Source of the DNA: Neocallimastix sp. 'constans'
Lineage: Eukaryota
Length of the DNA: 64,000 nucleotides
Assembly (NCBI GenBank): GCA_050613775.1
Contig: JBODTK010000125.1
Span: 1-64,000, forward strand
Direction of reading: 5' to 3'
Below the pieces are notes generated by a model. The model did no database searches. It was not told where the DNA came from and was given only the letters and a program-made list of their open reading frames with translations. Position 1 is the first letter of the stretch; each line of letters begins with the position of its first letter. Below, piece by piece: positions 1 through 18,948 of the stretch. A program made the translations under genes and the position numbers.

Positions 1-200
1 AAATAAAAATAAAAATAAAAATAAAAATAAAAATAAAAATAAAAATAAAAATAAAAATAAAAATAAAAATAAAAATAAAAATAAAAATAAAAATAAAAAT
101 AAAAATAAAAATAAAAATAAAAATAAAAATAAAAATAAAAATAAAAATAAAAATAAAAATAAAAATAAAAATAAAAATAAAAATAAAAATAAAAATAAAA
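1..200. repeat. (AAAATA)n hexamer microsatellite, intronic in UTP14
   Basis: Perfect tandem AAAATA from position 1 to ~200, just past a minus-strand GT donor at 206-207. Confidence 0.95.
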
Positions 201-207
201 TTATTAC

Positions 208-4346
<4,139 letters not shown>

Positions 4347-4647
4347 TTAATATTACTATTTAATATTATTATTTAATACTATTTTTAATATTTTTTTTTT
4401 TATTTTTTTAAAAAAAATTAATACTATTATAAAATACAAAATATGTTAAAATATAAAATTTGATTGGTCTATTTTTCTTTATTTTTTAAATTTTAAATTT
4501 TAAAATTGATCAATAATTTAATATATATTGTTTATTAAATAAAAGTAAAAATAATTTCAATATAAATAAAAATATTACTGAAAATTATATTTTAATTTTT
4601 ATATCTTTTAAATATTATTATCATTTTTTTAAAAAAAAAAAATTGAA

Positions 4648-4679
<32 letters not shown>

Positions 4680-4844
4680 AAAATAAATTTTAAGTTGGTA
4701 ATTATTATAATAATAATTAAAAGTCTATAAAATAAATTTTATTTTTTTAATATTTTATACATACATAATTTCATTTATAGTTTTTTATATTTATTACAAA
4801 ATTAATATTTATAAATAATACCTTCTTTTGTTTAATAGACACAA

Positions 4845-4885
<41 letters not shown>

Positions 4886-7032
4886 TTATAATTAATTATT
4901 AAATGATATTTTTAATCAATTTTTTTAAATTTTCTTTTTTCTATTACTAGATTATATGGATTATGAATTTTAAAAATATACATTTTCATATAATGAAATC
5001 AAACACACTATTACAATAAATTTATATTTAAAATTATATTTAATAAAATAATGATGCAGATTTTTATAGAATTTAGTAATTGATAATAAGTACTATATTT
5101 TTAATTTTTAATATTTTTAATCAATTAATTAACAATTTATTTCTCTCTCAAATATTCGAATATATTAAGAGTACAACCAACTTTTAATATCATTATTTAA
5201 AATTATTATAAAATATTTAAATTTAATGGTGTATTGTTGAATAATAATTATTTCTTGTAAATTTATTAATATTTTTAATTCATTTATTTAAAAAATGTCG
5301 AAAATTTTTTGTGTTTTATTAATAATAAAATAATATAATTGAAAAAATAATTTTCTAAAGTTAAAGACAGTAACTTCATTTTTTATTCTTCTTTTGGAAT
5401 ATTTTTATTTAATTTATTTATTAATTAAATCATTAAATAATATAAAAAAATACTAATTATATTTATAATTTATTAAATATAATGTTATAATCTACATTAA
5501 ATATATTAAAACTTACAAATATTATTATCTAGAATATACAAATATATTTATTGTTGTATGTTTTGTGATTTTTTGATTCGACAATTATATGTCAATTTTA
5601 TTACTGTTGTATATTCTAGATAAGTAAAATCATATTATCTTCAAATTAAATTTAAAAATAAATTATATTGATAAAAAATGAGTTCATAATAATTTGAATA
5701 TACATAATAAAATATTGTAAAAGTTAATAGCATAAGTATTTAATAAATTCTAAATCATTCCAAAATTTTTTTTATTCTTTCAGTAAATATTATAATTTAT
5801 TATACACATAATTTTCATATTAATTTAATATTTAAAAAAAAAAAAAGGTAAATTTTAATAAATTTTTTTATTCAATTTAATCATGGTTCGTTATTTTAAT
5901 GTTTTACTAAAAAATTTTTTTTTATTATAATTTATTATATTAAATTGTTAAAAATAATAATAATAATAATAAGGAAAAAAGGAAAATAAAAAAAACTTTA
6001 TTTAATATCATTTAAAAAATAATTAAATTAAAAATTAGAACTTTAAATCTATTTATTTAATTTTTTTTTTAAAAAAAAATATATAATACTAATTTATTTT
6101 TTTAATTTTATTAAATAAAATTTTAAAATTAATTAAATAAAATTTTTATATATGAAAATGTTTAAAGTCTAATATTAATTATAGCTATTAATAATATATT
6201 TTATATATAAGTACTAGATTAAATATATGTATAATTTATGTATTGTATTTTGTGTATTTAATGTTTTATAGCTATGATTGATTGTTAATGTGATACAGAT
6301 ATGGTTCAATCGTTTATTAGTATATGTAAAAGTATATATAAAAAGTATACATCATTAATATTTTAATAATAAAATGTTCTAAAATAAAGTAAAATAAATA
6401 GAAAATAACTTTTTTCCTCAAAAATATTTATATTAATTTATATTAATATTCAAAATTCATTTAATTATCAATTTATAAAATATATAATCTAATTTTTCTT
6501 TATAATTTTTTTAATATATATTATTAATATCTTTAATTTTGAAATATTTTATTAGTATTAACTACATTTATAATTATTTCAAATTTATGGTTACCATTTT
6601 TATTATTTAATTTATTTTTATAATTTAAACTTAACAATTTTTAATTTATAAAATATATTAATAATTATATATATGAAAAAATAATTTCTTTTTATTTTTT
6701 AAAATTATTTTATTGTATTAATATTATATAAAAAAATGTTGACTTAAGTAATTTACATGAAAACGCTTTTAAATAATTAATTAATTAAAAATAATATTAC
6801 GGGTAAATAATAAATAAAAATACATATTTATAATAAAACTAATAAATTTTGATAGTATTTTTTCTAATAAAAAATAATTTAGTTTTAATATTTTACATAA
6901 AATTAATATAATTGATACACTTTATATATCAATTATTATATTGTTATATTATTATTGTATTAATTATATGACTTAATATATTTAGAATAATATTAATAAA
7001 TAATAATAATATTATTATTATTCAATATGGAT

Positions 7033-7074
<42 letters not shown>

Positions 7075-7089
7075 TTTTTCTGAAATTGA

Positions 7090-10000
7090 TCAATGAACAT
7101 TTTTATTAAAATTTGATTAACTATAGTAAATTTGTTCAAAAATGTTGTCCAAATTTCATTATTTAATATTTTATTTATACAAAAACAACAATCTATAACA
7201 GTTCTACGAATATCTGTTAAAGTACAAGAGAGACCCTATATATGTAAAATATTTTTTAAAAAAAAAAAAAAAAAAATATTTGAATATATAATTACAATAA
7301 TAAAAAATGATTAATAATAATATTAACAAAATAATAAAAAATACATATTTAGTAAATTGATTAATATATTTGTATTTACTTTTGATAAAACCTGCTGAAT
7401 ATCATCTATATATTCTTGTAATTCATTTTGACTGAATCTAGAAATAATTTGACTTAAAATTTCAAATGCAAAACTTTCTGAAGTAGATCGATAAGAAAAC
7501 TTTAAATTTTGTTCATAAATTGAATTTGAGTCTATATTAAAATTAAATTGCCTATTCAAATAAGACAATATAGTTTTTAAACAAGATATCTTATCTAAAT
7601 TTTGGGCATAAATTTTAAGTGTATTTTCTGTTGTAATATATAACTTTTTTTAAAAAAATATATATATAAATATATTAATATTGGTAATATTATATTAGGT
7701 ATTTGATTAAATTTAAATAAATGAACTTACTTCTTCCGATTTTTTATTCATATATTGATTAATTAAACAAAATAACCCATTTTCTTTTCCTTTAAAATAT
7801 AAAGTTTGATTCTTCATTAAATTTTGTAATAACAACAAAATATATTCCTGTTCATCATTCTAAAACAAATATATAAAAAAATTAATATTAATATATAATA
7901 TTATTTTTAATTATTTTAATCAATTTTTGATTTAAAAATATCTTTATATGTTTATTTATTTACATTATTATTAAAGGTTTGCAATTTTTGAATTAAAATT
8001 AAATAAATTCTTTCAAACCATGAATTCCATAATTCATTAACTTTCATTAATTTTTCATTTGTTATATTTTTATCATTTTCAATATTTGATAGACGTATTA
8101 AATTTCTAAATACACTTTCATTTGGTTTTGATGATTTTAAATTTTCATATAAATTTGAAAACAAAATATCTTGATCTATATTTGCAGAAAAATACTTTGC
8201 ATTTGGTGTTTCTTTTATGAATACTAAAAAATAATAATAAAAATTAATAAATTAAATTTATTATTGTTATTATTGTTATTATTATTAGTATTGTTTTTAT
8301 TATTATTATTATATAATATAAAAAAAAAATATTTATTAAAATACATACGTCTTTCAATACCTAAAGGTTTTTTATATTTACAATAATTATCATTTATAAA
8401 ATCTAAATTAATATAATGATTCTTTGATGCTTTTAGTGTGATATTACTTGTTCGTCTTTCAATTTTATTGATATTATCAGCTAATAATAATTTATTTTCA
8501 TCTGATTATGAAATTAAATTATATTATAGATTATAAAATTTTAAATTTAACATTAATTAAGCAAGAAATAATAACGTTAATAAAGTTAATATAAATTTTT
8601 TTACCTAAATCTGGATTATTCATTGATAATTCATTTTCATGTTGACTGATTTCCATAGTCATTGTATTATCCTTATCTTTATCTGTATCAGTATTAGTAT
8701 CAGTATCATTATTACTATTATGATTATCCTTATTAAATTTATTTTGAGTAATATTTTCATTTAAATTTGTTTCAAAATTATTCTTTGGAGTTGACTGATC
8801 TGTATCATCATCAATCTGTATAACTTCAGTATCAATATTCAGTTTATTTAAATTTTTAACATTCGATTTATTTTTTTCTTCTATACCGTTATCTTTATTA
8901 TTTATATTTAAAATTTCATTTTTACTATAACTACTATCAATAACAATAATATCATTTTCCTTTATTGCTTTGTTTTGCTTTAAATTAGGTTGAGGATCAT
9001 CCAATATTATAATACTTTCATATTTTTTAGGCTTAGATTCTAATTTCCGTCTTGCATTCTCTTTTTCAAATAACATTTCACTATTTTCAATAAGGATAAC
9101 ACTTCTATCACTACTTAATTTTTCCTTTTTAATAGTTCCATTTTCTGTATTATAAAGTATATCTTTGGGTTCTTCTTTAACCTTATTCATTAATGACGGT
9201 TCAATTTTTATTTTTTTTACATTTAATGTGCTATTATTCATTTCCGTTTTCGAATCAGCTCTATTTAATTTAAGATTTAAATATTCTTTTTTCATTCTTT
9301 TATCTTGATGACTAGTGTTTAACCTTAATATATTCGGTTTCTTAGATAATTTATTTTCACTTAATTCATCATTTTCTTTAATATATATAATTTCTTGCTG
9401 TTGTTTCTGTCTTTGTTTCTGTTGTTTCCTCTGTTGCTTTTCCTGTTGTAATATTTGTTGTAATTCTTGTTGCTGTTGTTGTTTCTGTACCTTTTTAATA
9501 TTATCAGTTTTTTGCATGTCAATATTAGTATTATTATTATTATTACCATTATTATCATTATCATTATCATTTTCATCAATTTTATCTATTTTTCTTTTTT
9601 TTGAAGATGACAAATCATCATGTGAAAATGATGGCAACGAGTTATCTGACTCGATAATATCACTTAATTTAACATTTCTATGAGTAACAAATGATTTTTC
9701 ATTTATTAAATATTTATTACTTGATTGTAAATTTGAAATAGATGTTTCTTCAGGAAGCATAGAATATTGTTCATCAATTTCCATTAAATTTTTTATTAAT
9801 GTATTCCCTGATTTTTCATTTATTTTCTTTACTTTATTTAAAGGTATATTATCTTTCTTATTTATATTGCCTTCATTATTATTACTGTTTATAATCTTTT
9901 CCTCATTTTTAGTAATATTTTTATCATTTAAATTAGTTATTGCTGTTTTAATCGCTTTAGTTTCAACAACCGTTGTTTTTATTGTTTTGGAAGAGTCATC

Positions 10001-12998
10001 AATAATAACATCACTATCATGAATTTTTATTTCTTCATCATTAAAGTTTTTATTTTTAAGGGATATTTGATTATTATTATTATTATTATCATTATTATTA
10101 TTGTTGTTGCTATTATTGCTATTGCTAATATTGTTGTTGTTATTATTAATAGTAGTATTAATTTTAAATAATTTACCATCATTTTTATCCTTATTATCAT
10201 TTTTATCTCTTTTTCCATTTTCAATTTTAGTTTTATTTTGATCTTTCACATCTTTATAATTTTTTACTACCTTATTGTTCTCTTCAATAACAACATTATT
10301 ATTACTTATACTAATTTCTAAATTCTTTGATAAATTTTCCTTTGACGATTTAATTACTTCATTATCAATTGTATTTCCTTGGTTTTGATGATTTTCTTTA
10401 TCTTCATTTTCTATTTCTTCCTCATAATTATCATATAATATTGTTTCCTTGGATTTTTCAAATTCATTATCTAAAATTTCAATACCTTTAATTAATTGAT
10501 TATAAATTTCTTCAGAAAAATATTCTCTTATATATTTTAATGTTTTATTATTTAGTTTTTTTATACACCATAAAAATGATATCAAAGAACGGCCATTTAT
10601 TTCATTTCCAAATGTTGTAGATATCCAATTTCCTAATAAAAGAATCATTGACTTCAAATGTAAAAAATAAAAAAAAAATAAAAAAAAAAAAAAAAAAAGT
10701 TAAGAATATACAAAATTTAATATTATTTCATAGATAAATACATATATATATACTATAAAAATATATATATAAAAAGGATATTATTTTCATTTTTAAAATA
10801 AATGCATGGGTTTCGTTTTCCAATTTTATAATCAATTTCAACCTCTTTATTTGATTTAGCATTCATATAAAATATATTTTCTGACATATCATTTATTAAT
10901 AATTCAATGATCCATTCTAATAAACATTCTAAGATTTCATTCACATTATTATATTTCTTTCTTGATTTTCCATTTTTTGCAATTAATTCAATTATAATAT
11001 TTTTCATTATAGGAACAGTAAACTTTTCCTGTTTAATCCAGTTAACAATATTGTTAACTTTATTTATTGAGAACTCTGAATATATATTTTCTTTATTAGA
11101 TAATTTTATATTTTCATCATTTTGTTTTTTAATTTTTAATTCTATTTCTATAATCTTTGGTATTAATTGTTCAATAGATATAACTCTTGTTTTTAAAAGA
11201 ATATCCAGTGTTTCTTCATTCAATATCTCTTTCAATATATCATCAGAAGTATCATTTAAAAATGACATAATGCTTTCGTTAATTTGTAACGAGGTTCCAA
11301 GTTTATTAACTTTAGAGGCTTTAAAATAATCAATTAATTCTTTTAAAGCTTCAATTCTTATTTTTGGATTATCTACTTCTTTAAATTTTTTTATTAAACT
11401 TTGTTTAAATAAATAAGGCGTTGACAACGAAGGAGAATTAGGTGTAATACCGTTATGTTTTTTCTTTTTTGAACTAGACTTTGGAACAATTATTTTTGAA
11501 TTTTCATTCTTAACCTCAATTAAATAATTAGTACTACTTTCAATTTTTTTCAGTTTATTATTTTTTGTTGGCGTTGTTTCTTGAACTTGGCTAGAATCAA
11601 TTATATCTTTTCTATTTTTACTATCTGAACTAATAATTTTAGGTTTTTTAATTTTCTTTGGTGTTGTGAATTTATTTTTAACTTTATCATCATTATATAA
11701 TTTATTTAAATCATTATTAAAAGCACTACTAATATCATCTTCATTTTTATTTATCATATTACTATTAGATAAATCTATTATCTTCTTTTTTGATGGAGAT
11801 TCAGAAATATTGTTATCATCTTGATTCAAATGATTTTCTTGATTTATATTTTCAAATAATTTCAATTTTTTGGCTGATTTTGAAGGAGTATTTTCTGGAT
11901 CATAATCATAATTATTATTTTCATGTTTTTGTTGAATCATTTCCTCTTTGAAGAGACTCCTTTTTCGTTCACTACTCGCCTTTGGTCGGGGTGATTTTGA
12001 TGGTGTATTGATTATTATATTATTTTCATTATCTATTTCTTTTTTATCGGACATAGAGCTATAAGATCTTTTAAGACCAATAATTGGTTTTTCCTTTTTA
12101 GTTTTTGATGGAGTAGTTTTACTATGTTTTTGTTGTTCTAATGTTAAATTATTAAAATTAAAATCAATGACCTGACTATCTGAACTTAAATTTTTATTGT
12201 TTTGTTTATTATTCCATGATTTAATATTATCTCTTTCTAAAATTTTTCTCTTTTTTAATATGCTGATAGATTTGTTTTTCTTTTTCAAAGCTTGTATTTT
12301 ATTTGAACTGGATGGTATTCCCGGATTTTTCTCTAAATACTTTATAAGATTTTTTTTAGTTACCGAATCAAGTGAATCCATAAATCTATTTTATTATTAA
12401 TTAAATTCAGAAAAATAAAATTTTAGATATTATTTATTTACATATAATTTTAATAAAATGTCTACTTAAATATATCATGTATATATAAAAAAATATTCAA
12501 ACTTAATACATTTAATATACATACTTATTAGCTCTTGGTTTCCAATGAATATTTATTAAACTAAATATTTTTCTACTTGTTTCACGAATAAATTGACCTG
12601 CATCTTGTATACTTTTTTTTAGACAAGAAATAACTAAATCTAATCCACCAAATTTTTCAAACTTTGCTTTTTGAATGTCATTTTGAACTGCTATTTCAAT
12701 TGATATACCTATTAATAATATTGAAATTTGTCTTGTATTTGTATTTTTATGCTTTTCAGCTATAGGTGTACTAAGTATTTGTAAATTTCTTAAATTATAT
12801 GATACATTTTTAATGATACAAGCAATCGTATGCGAACTAATTGTTGATATAACTTTATTAGTCTGATTAATTAAAGGCATTAATTTTGATATTATTATAT
12901 CTGAATATACATCAAGTTGTGCTTTAAAAACATTTGCTAAATCTATAATTGATAAGCATGACGTTATACAAAGTGCTGTTCTTAATGATTGAACCTTA

Positions 12999-13029
<31 letters not shown>

Positions 13030-14906
13030 TGTAATAATAATAACAATAATAATATATTTAAAAAATTAAAATTTATTAATATAAATATAATAAAAAATTA
13101 CATATATATGTTTTGTTTTATTTTAATAATAAATTATATTTAATTACTGATATTAATATATTATCAATGGCTGGTTTTAATAATTTTATATTATTGTTTA
13201 AAATTTTATTATCCTTATAAAGTATTCCTCTAAATCTTTGAATTGATTTATTTCTCATATCCCAATTTTCTTCAGTTTCTTTTCCAATAAATGATTTACA
13301 AAAAGTACTAATTTCATTATCAATATCTGAAATTGAAAAGAGCTTTTCAATAAATAAAAATTAATGATAATATGAATATCAATTCATTATTATAATATAT
13401 AATTAATTAATATATTTATATTTAATTTAATGATTACTTCTATTTTCTTTGGTGTTGGATAGGAAGGTATTGTTCCAGGAATAGCAAAAATAGAAGATAA
13501 CGGAATAATATTTTTACTATTAATCATTGATTTATTAGTATTATCCTATGAATATGATTTATAAGCATCAATATAATTATTTAGATACTAATATTTATTA
13601 TTATAATATTAAATTAATAATAAAATTTTACATATACTCGAGGTGAATTCATTTTTTCAAAAATTTCTTCATATATATTTGATTTAATTTTTAATTTTTC
13701 GCATTCTTCTTTTACTTTTTTTTTATAGTTGTCTTTTTCATCTTCATCTTTTTTTAAACTTTTTTTTTTTATAAAAAAAATTATAAATAGATTGAAAAAA
13801 AATAAAAAATCATCATTATCAAATTTAATAATTATTAAATTAATATATATATATATATGTCTATATAATATTTGTTTATATTTAATAAATTACATATAAT
13901 TTGTAATAAGAAAGTTTTTGGCTGTTTCCTGTAAAGATTTAATAGATGCATTTAAGCAAGCTACCACTGGTAATATAAAAAAATCAATTGGAAAATTTTC
14001 AAATGAAGTGCTGCATCGAACTAACCAATTTATTAACTTTCAATAGCATTGTTTATTTCAGCATTAAAATATTTTAATAATTAAAATAAAATAAAAAAAG
14101 AAAATAGAAAAAAGAAAAAAATTAATATATATCAAATACATATATATATAATTGATAAAATAAAATATAAAAAAAAAAAAAAAAAAAAAATACCTTTTCC
14201 TTTTCATTATTTGAATCAATTACAAATCCTTTTAATATGTCATTTTTAAATTGAGTCATTAAATCTTTATTTTCTTGTAAATGAAATTTCAAAATTAAAC
14301 TATACATATCTATTAATGAATCGTTGGATAAAATCCCTGTTTGCCCGCTTTCTTTTAATTGTTTAATTAAAGGATACAAAAGTTTATTTATATGAACTTT
14401 TATTACATTTTCAAATTCAGATTCATTTATATTTTTAAGATGCAAAAGATGTTTTTGATAAGTATTTAAAAATAGTAAGCCTTGAGAGTTTAATTCTTTA
14501 TTATTAGATAAAAATAATTTTAAAATTAAATTTGTAATTTTTTCTGCTGCATCTTTCTTTAATAAATAAAATTTTAAAATATAAAATATATATTAAGAGA
14601 ATAAATAAATTTAAGATATTTATAAAAATTAAGTATTTCAGAAGATTTCATATAATAATTTATGCTTTAAATATATATAATTACTGATATTGATTTCAAA
14701 TTTCTTAATTTATCTTCCAATTTTTCAAGATTATCTAACAATGAATTTACATCTAAATTAATGTGACATCAAAAAAATTATAGATATTAAATTAATATAA
14801 AAAATATATCTATATACATGTTTATAAATAAATGAAAATAAAATAATATAATACCATTATCATTGATATTTGATTGAATATCTTTTAATATAAGATTAAA
14901 TTCCAT
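7090..14906 (-). CDS. STU1: CLASP/Stu1-like microtubule-associated TOG/HEAT protein, multi-exon
   Basis: ATG at 14906 (MEFNLILKDIQ). CLASP_N-type motifs KETEENWDMRNKSIQRFRGIL (~13225-13290) and SLRTALCITSCLSIIDLA...QTNKVIS...IQDAGQFIRETSRKIF (12530-12990). Long low-complexity exons 10770-12381 and 8604-10657. C-terminal HEAT-like LTDIRRTVIDCCFCI; TGA at 7090-7092. Confidence 0.75.
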
Positions 14907-14989
14907 TTTATATGCATAATAAATTCTTTTTAGTATATAAACATATATAGATTAATTATATTTCTAGAAATTTATTTTTAAATTTATTG

Positions 14990-15020
<31 letters not shown>

Positions 15021-15815
15021 TCAATCTATAAGTGATTTTTAAATTGATTAAAATGATATCATATATTATTCCAAAAACATAAAGTTATTTTGACAATAAG
15101 ATTTTAGAACTTTTACAATTTAATAAAAAAAATTTTCTAGTTCATAATATAAAGAATTATATACATTTATTGGATTTTCAAATTAAAAATATTAATTAAA
15201 AAAAAATTGGCCCATGCGGTACCAACATATTAATAAAATAATATATTTATAATAAAATTTAAAAAAAATTTTCATTAATTATATTTAAACTATATATAAT
15301 AGATCCATAGATATTCAAAGTATTTTAAAATGAATTAAAACCTATATTGTTTTATTTATATTGAACTTTCTTTCAATATAATCATATAGTTCATTCATTA
15401 AATATATCAAATATTGTAATATATATCAATATATATTAAGTTCATAACAATAATAAAATCTATATTTTCTTAACTATAATAAAAGTAACATATATATTTT
15501 ATAATTTCATAAAAATTTTATATTTAATAAAAAAAAAATTATATTGTTTCTATTTTATATATTTATATATATAATAATTATTATTACAGTCATCATTATT
15601 ATTACTATCATTATTATTATTATTACTGTTACAAATATTTTCATCATTTATATTACTATTATTATATTATAATTATTGCTATTATTATATAAGTTAATTA
15701 ACTATCTTAATTTTTAAGAATATTAATTAATTTATAATCAATTATTTATATCAAAAAGATTTGTAATTAGTATTACCAATTTACAACTTCATCATATCCT
15801 ATAAATTATTAGAAA

Positions 15816-16992
15816 ATGTCACTAAATATTTATTCAGAAAATAATAACATTGATTCTACCAATACTGATACTCTTAATATACCAAAACCAAAATTTCCAT
15901 ATGAAGCATATACTGAAGCCAAAAATATTTTTTTTACTAATTTCGAAAATTGGATTGAAAAAAAGAAAGTTGGTATAGAAGAAGGAAAGCAATTACATTT
16001 AAAAGCTGCTTTAGAAGATAGAGGTATTTATATTTTTTTTTATTAAAATTTAATTTCAAAATTATTTTTCTTTTTTATTGTTTTTGTTTTTTGTTCTTTT
16101 TTTTTTTTTTTTTTTTTTAACATATTACTATTATTATTATTATTATTATTATTATTTTAATGCTTAAAAGCCCAAAAAACTCAAATATTAAAACAAATGG
16201 AAATATACGAAAAAAAGGAAATGGAATATTCAAAAAGTATATTATTTAATCTATTTTCAATTGTTGATATTATTCATTTTTTATATATTCAATTTGATAA
16301 ATAACATATATTATTGTTATAATTATTACTATTATTATTTTATTATTTTAGATATAGAAATAGAGAGAAATGAAGCAGAAAATTTAGCAAATCAATTATC
16401 GGAAAAAAAAAAATTGAAAATTAATTTATTATCAAAACGAGATGAATTAATATTAATGAAAAAAGAACTGGAAAAGAAATTAAGCAAAAAAAAAGAAGGT
16501 ATTCATAATAAAATAATTAATTAGTTTTTTTTTTTTTTTTTTTTTTTTTTTGACAAAGTTTAGTAATTATATATTTTATTAACAATTATTTTGCTTATAT
16601 ATATATATTTTTTTTATATATAAATGTAATTTCTTTTATTATTTATTTTCAATTATATTATTTAAAATATTAAAGAACTATCTTATAAAAGAATGGAAAA
16701 GGAGGAACAAATAAAAAAAAATATTCCAGAATTAAATTTTTATGAAAATACTTTAGCTATGAAAATAACCGTATTGAAAGGTAAATCTTTACTCTATTTT
16801 AAAAAAATAGTTTTCTTTTAACAAACATCATAAATATTTTGTTAAGTCATATTCATTCAATATTTCATTCTTACTTAATTAAAATAAAAGAAAATATTTT
16901 GGAATTTGGTTTTACAAATATAAATAAAGAAATTGTTTCAAAAAAGTATTCTTTTGTTATTGATGTATCAAATAAAAATTATAAAGGTAATA

Positions 16993-17039
<47 letters not shown>

Positions 17040-17044
17040 TCTGG

Positions 17045-17095
<51 letters not shown>

Positions 17096-17264
17096 TTCAT
17101 TCATTCATTCATTCATTCATTTATATATAACTATAGTATTAGAATGCAAACCAAGGGTTCCAGAATTAAATATGTTATTAAATAATTTAAATACTAATCG
17201 TAATTTTTATGATTTTTTAAAATATATGAGAGTTGCTTTTGTTAATTATTCTGATAATAATTGA
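15816..17264 (+). CDS. SPC25: Kinetochore Ndc80-complex subunit Spc25, multi-exon
   Basis: N-terminal coiled coil, then ELNFYENTLAMKI / ILEFGFTNIN..KKYSFVIDVSNKNYK / VLECKPRVPELNMLLNNLNTNRNFYDFLKYMRVAF, matching the Spc25 RWD domain pattern; TGA 17262-17264. Confidence 0.85.
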
Positions 17265-17332
17265 TATAGATGAAAATAATTATTAATATTTATCAAAAGT
17301 ATCTTCAATTGAATAAGAAAATTATTTTATTC

Positions 17333-17388
<56 letters not shown>

Positions 17389-17845
17389 AAATTAAAATAT
17401 ATTTTAGTATACCCTCACATTATTATTATTATTTTATTATTTTATCTTTTTTTTTTTTTTCCTAATTACTTATTTGCTTATTTATTCAGTTATAAGTTTT
17501 ATTAATTTAAAAATAATAATAAAAATTTTGCAAGAAAATAAAATTATTTATTATTAAATAAGAAAATATACAATATATATGGAAGTAAAAATATAATCTT
17601 TTAAATATATTATCTATATAAATCTTATTAAAAAAAAAATAAATAAATAAATAATAATAATAATAATAATAATAATTTTAGTATTTATTTATAAAAACAA
17701 TTTATTAACTAAAAATGTAATAAGATATTATATTTATGATTAAAGGAAAAATTATCATCTAATTAAATAAATTTTATATTGACAAAATATAAAAATATAA
17801 AGTTATTATGTTTATATTTATATTGTATTAATTTTTTGTTTGTTT

Positions 17846-17888
<43 letters not shown>

Positions 17889-18241
17889 GATGTGTTTTTA
17901 TATATAATTAACCATTTAATTATTTTATGTAAGGTCTGATTTTGATATTTATTAAATAAAAAAAAAAAGTTTATCAAATTGTATCTCTTAACCATTATTA
18001 TTTCCTACTTATCAATAAAATAAATAAATTAATAAAAGTACAAATAAACAAACAAACAAACAAACAAAAACAAAAAAAAAAAAAAAAAAAAAAAATAAAA
18101 CAAAACAAAAAAAAAAAAAAAAAAAAAATTAATTGAAAAGCTTTTAATAAATTATTATTCAATTATATTAAATCTTTTTTATTTATAAAAAAATATATTA
18201 TAATGTAAATTAAAACTTTTATTTAAAGTATGAATAAAATA

Positions 18242-18653
18242 TTTTTTTTTTTTTTAGACTGAGATTAACAAGAGGGGAGGACAATAGGGCGTCTAATTTC
18301 TCCCTTAAATGTATCAAATTCTTATTGGATTCTTTAACATATTGTTTCGACGTCGACGAGGACCTCCTCTCTCTAAACAAGGCTAATACAAAAGACATTC
18401 CCTATGCGCCGCTTTATACGACGGGCTTCTTTTCAGTGATCTCTAAAACTAACATCAAGGCAGAAACAACTACGCCAATCCTCTCAAAACTGGAACACTT
18501 ACCATGGAGAGCTAACGCCAACTTCATTAATAAAGAAAAATACCCTAAGAAAATGAAAATTACCCAATATAAATTCAAAAGGTAGTCGCGGGGAAGATTC
18601 AGAAACTTTATCTGCGTTAGCCTATAGTACTAACAAACAAGTGGAATGACCGA
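18242..18653 (-). mobile_element. SINE-like retroposed element, copy 1 (degenerate head)
   Basis: GC-richer ~400 bp island; minus strand ends TCAGTCT+poly(A); flanked by direct repeat TATGAATAAAA (18229-18239 and 18654-18664); shares ordered blocks with the element at 37084-37517. Confidence 0.7.
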
Positions 18654-18948
18654 TATGAATAAAAATATATTTATTGAATATATTTTTATTCATATGTTAA
18701 ATTTATTTATTTATTTTTTATTCATTCATTCATTTATTTGTTTATTTATTCATTTATTTATTACTTCTTATTTTTTAATTATTATTTATTATTTATTAAT
18801 TTATTAACTTATTTATTATTATGAAAATTTATTTCTTATCTGCTCATAAAATTATTATTATTTTATTTATATATTATTATCATTATTATTATTTATTTTT
18901 ACTTTTTTTTCATTTATTCTTTTTTAAATATAAATAATTATAATTTAA

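Noticed and set aside
9315..9683. Cys-rich plus-strand ORF
   Set aside because: Antisense shadow of the poly-Gln tract in the STU1-like exon.
18325..18585. 86-aa plus-strand ORF in the GC-rich island
   Set aside because: TTG start, antisense to the poly(A)-tailed element, no recognisable motif, and not preserved in the related element at 37 kb.
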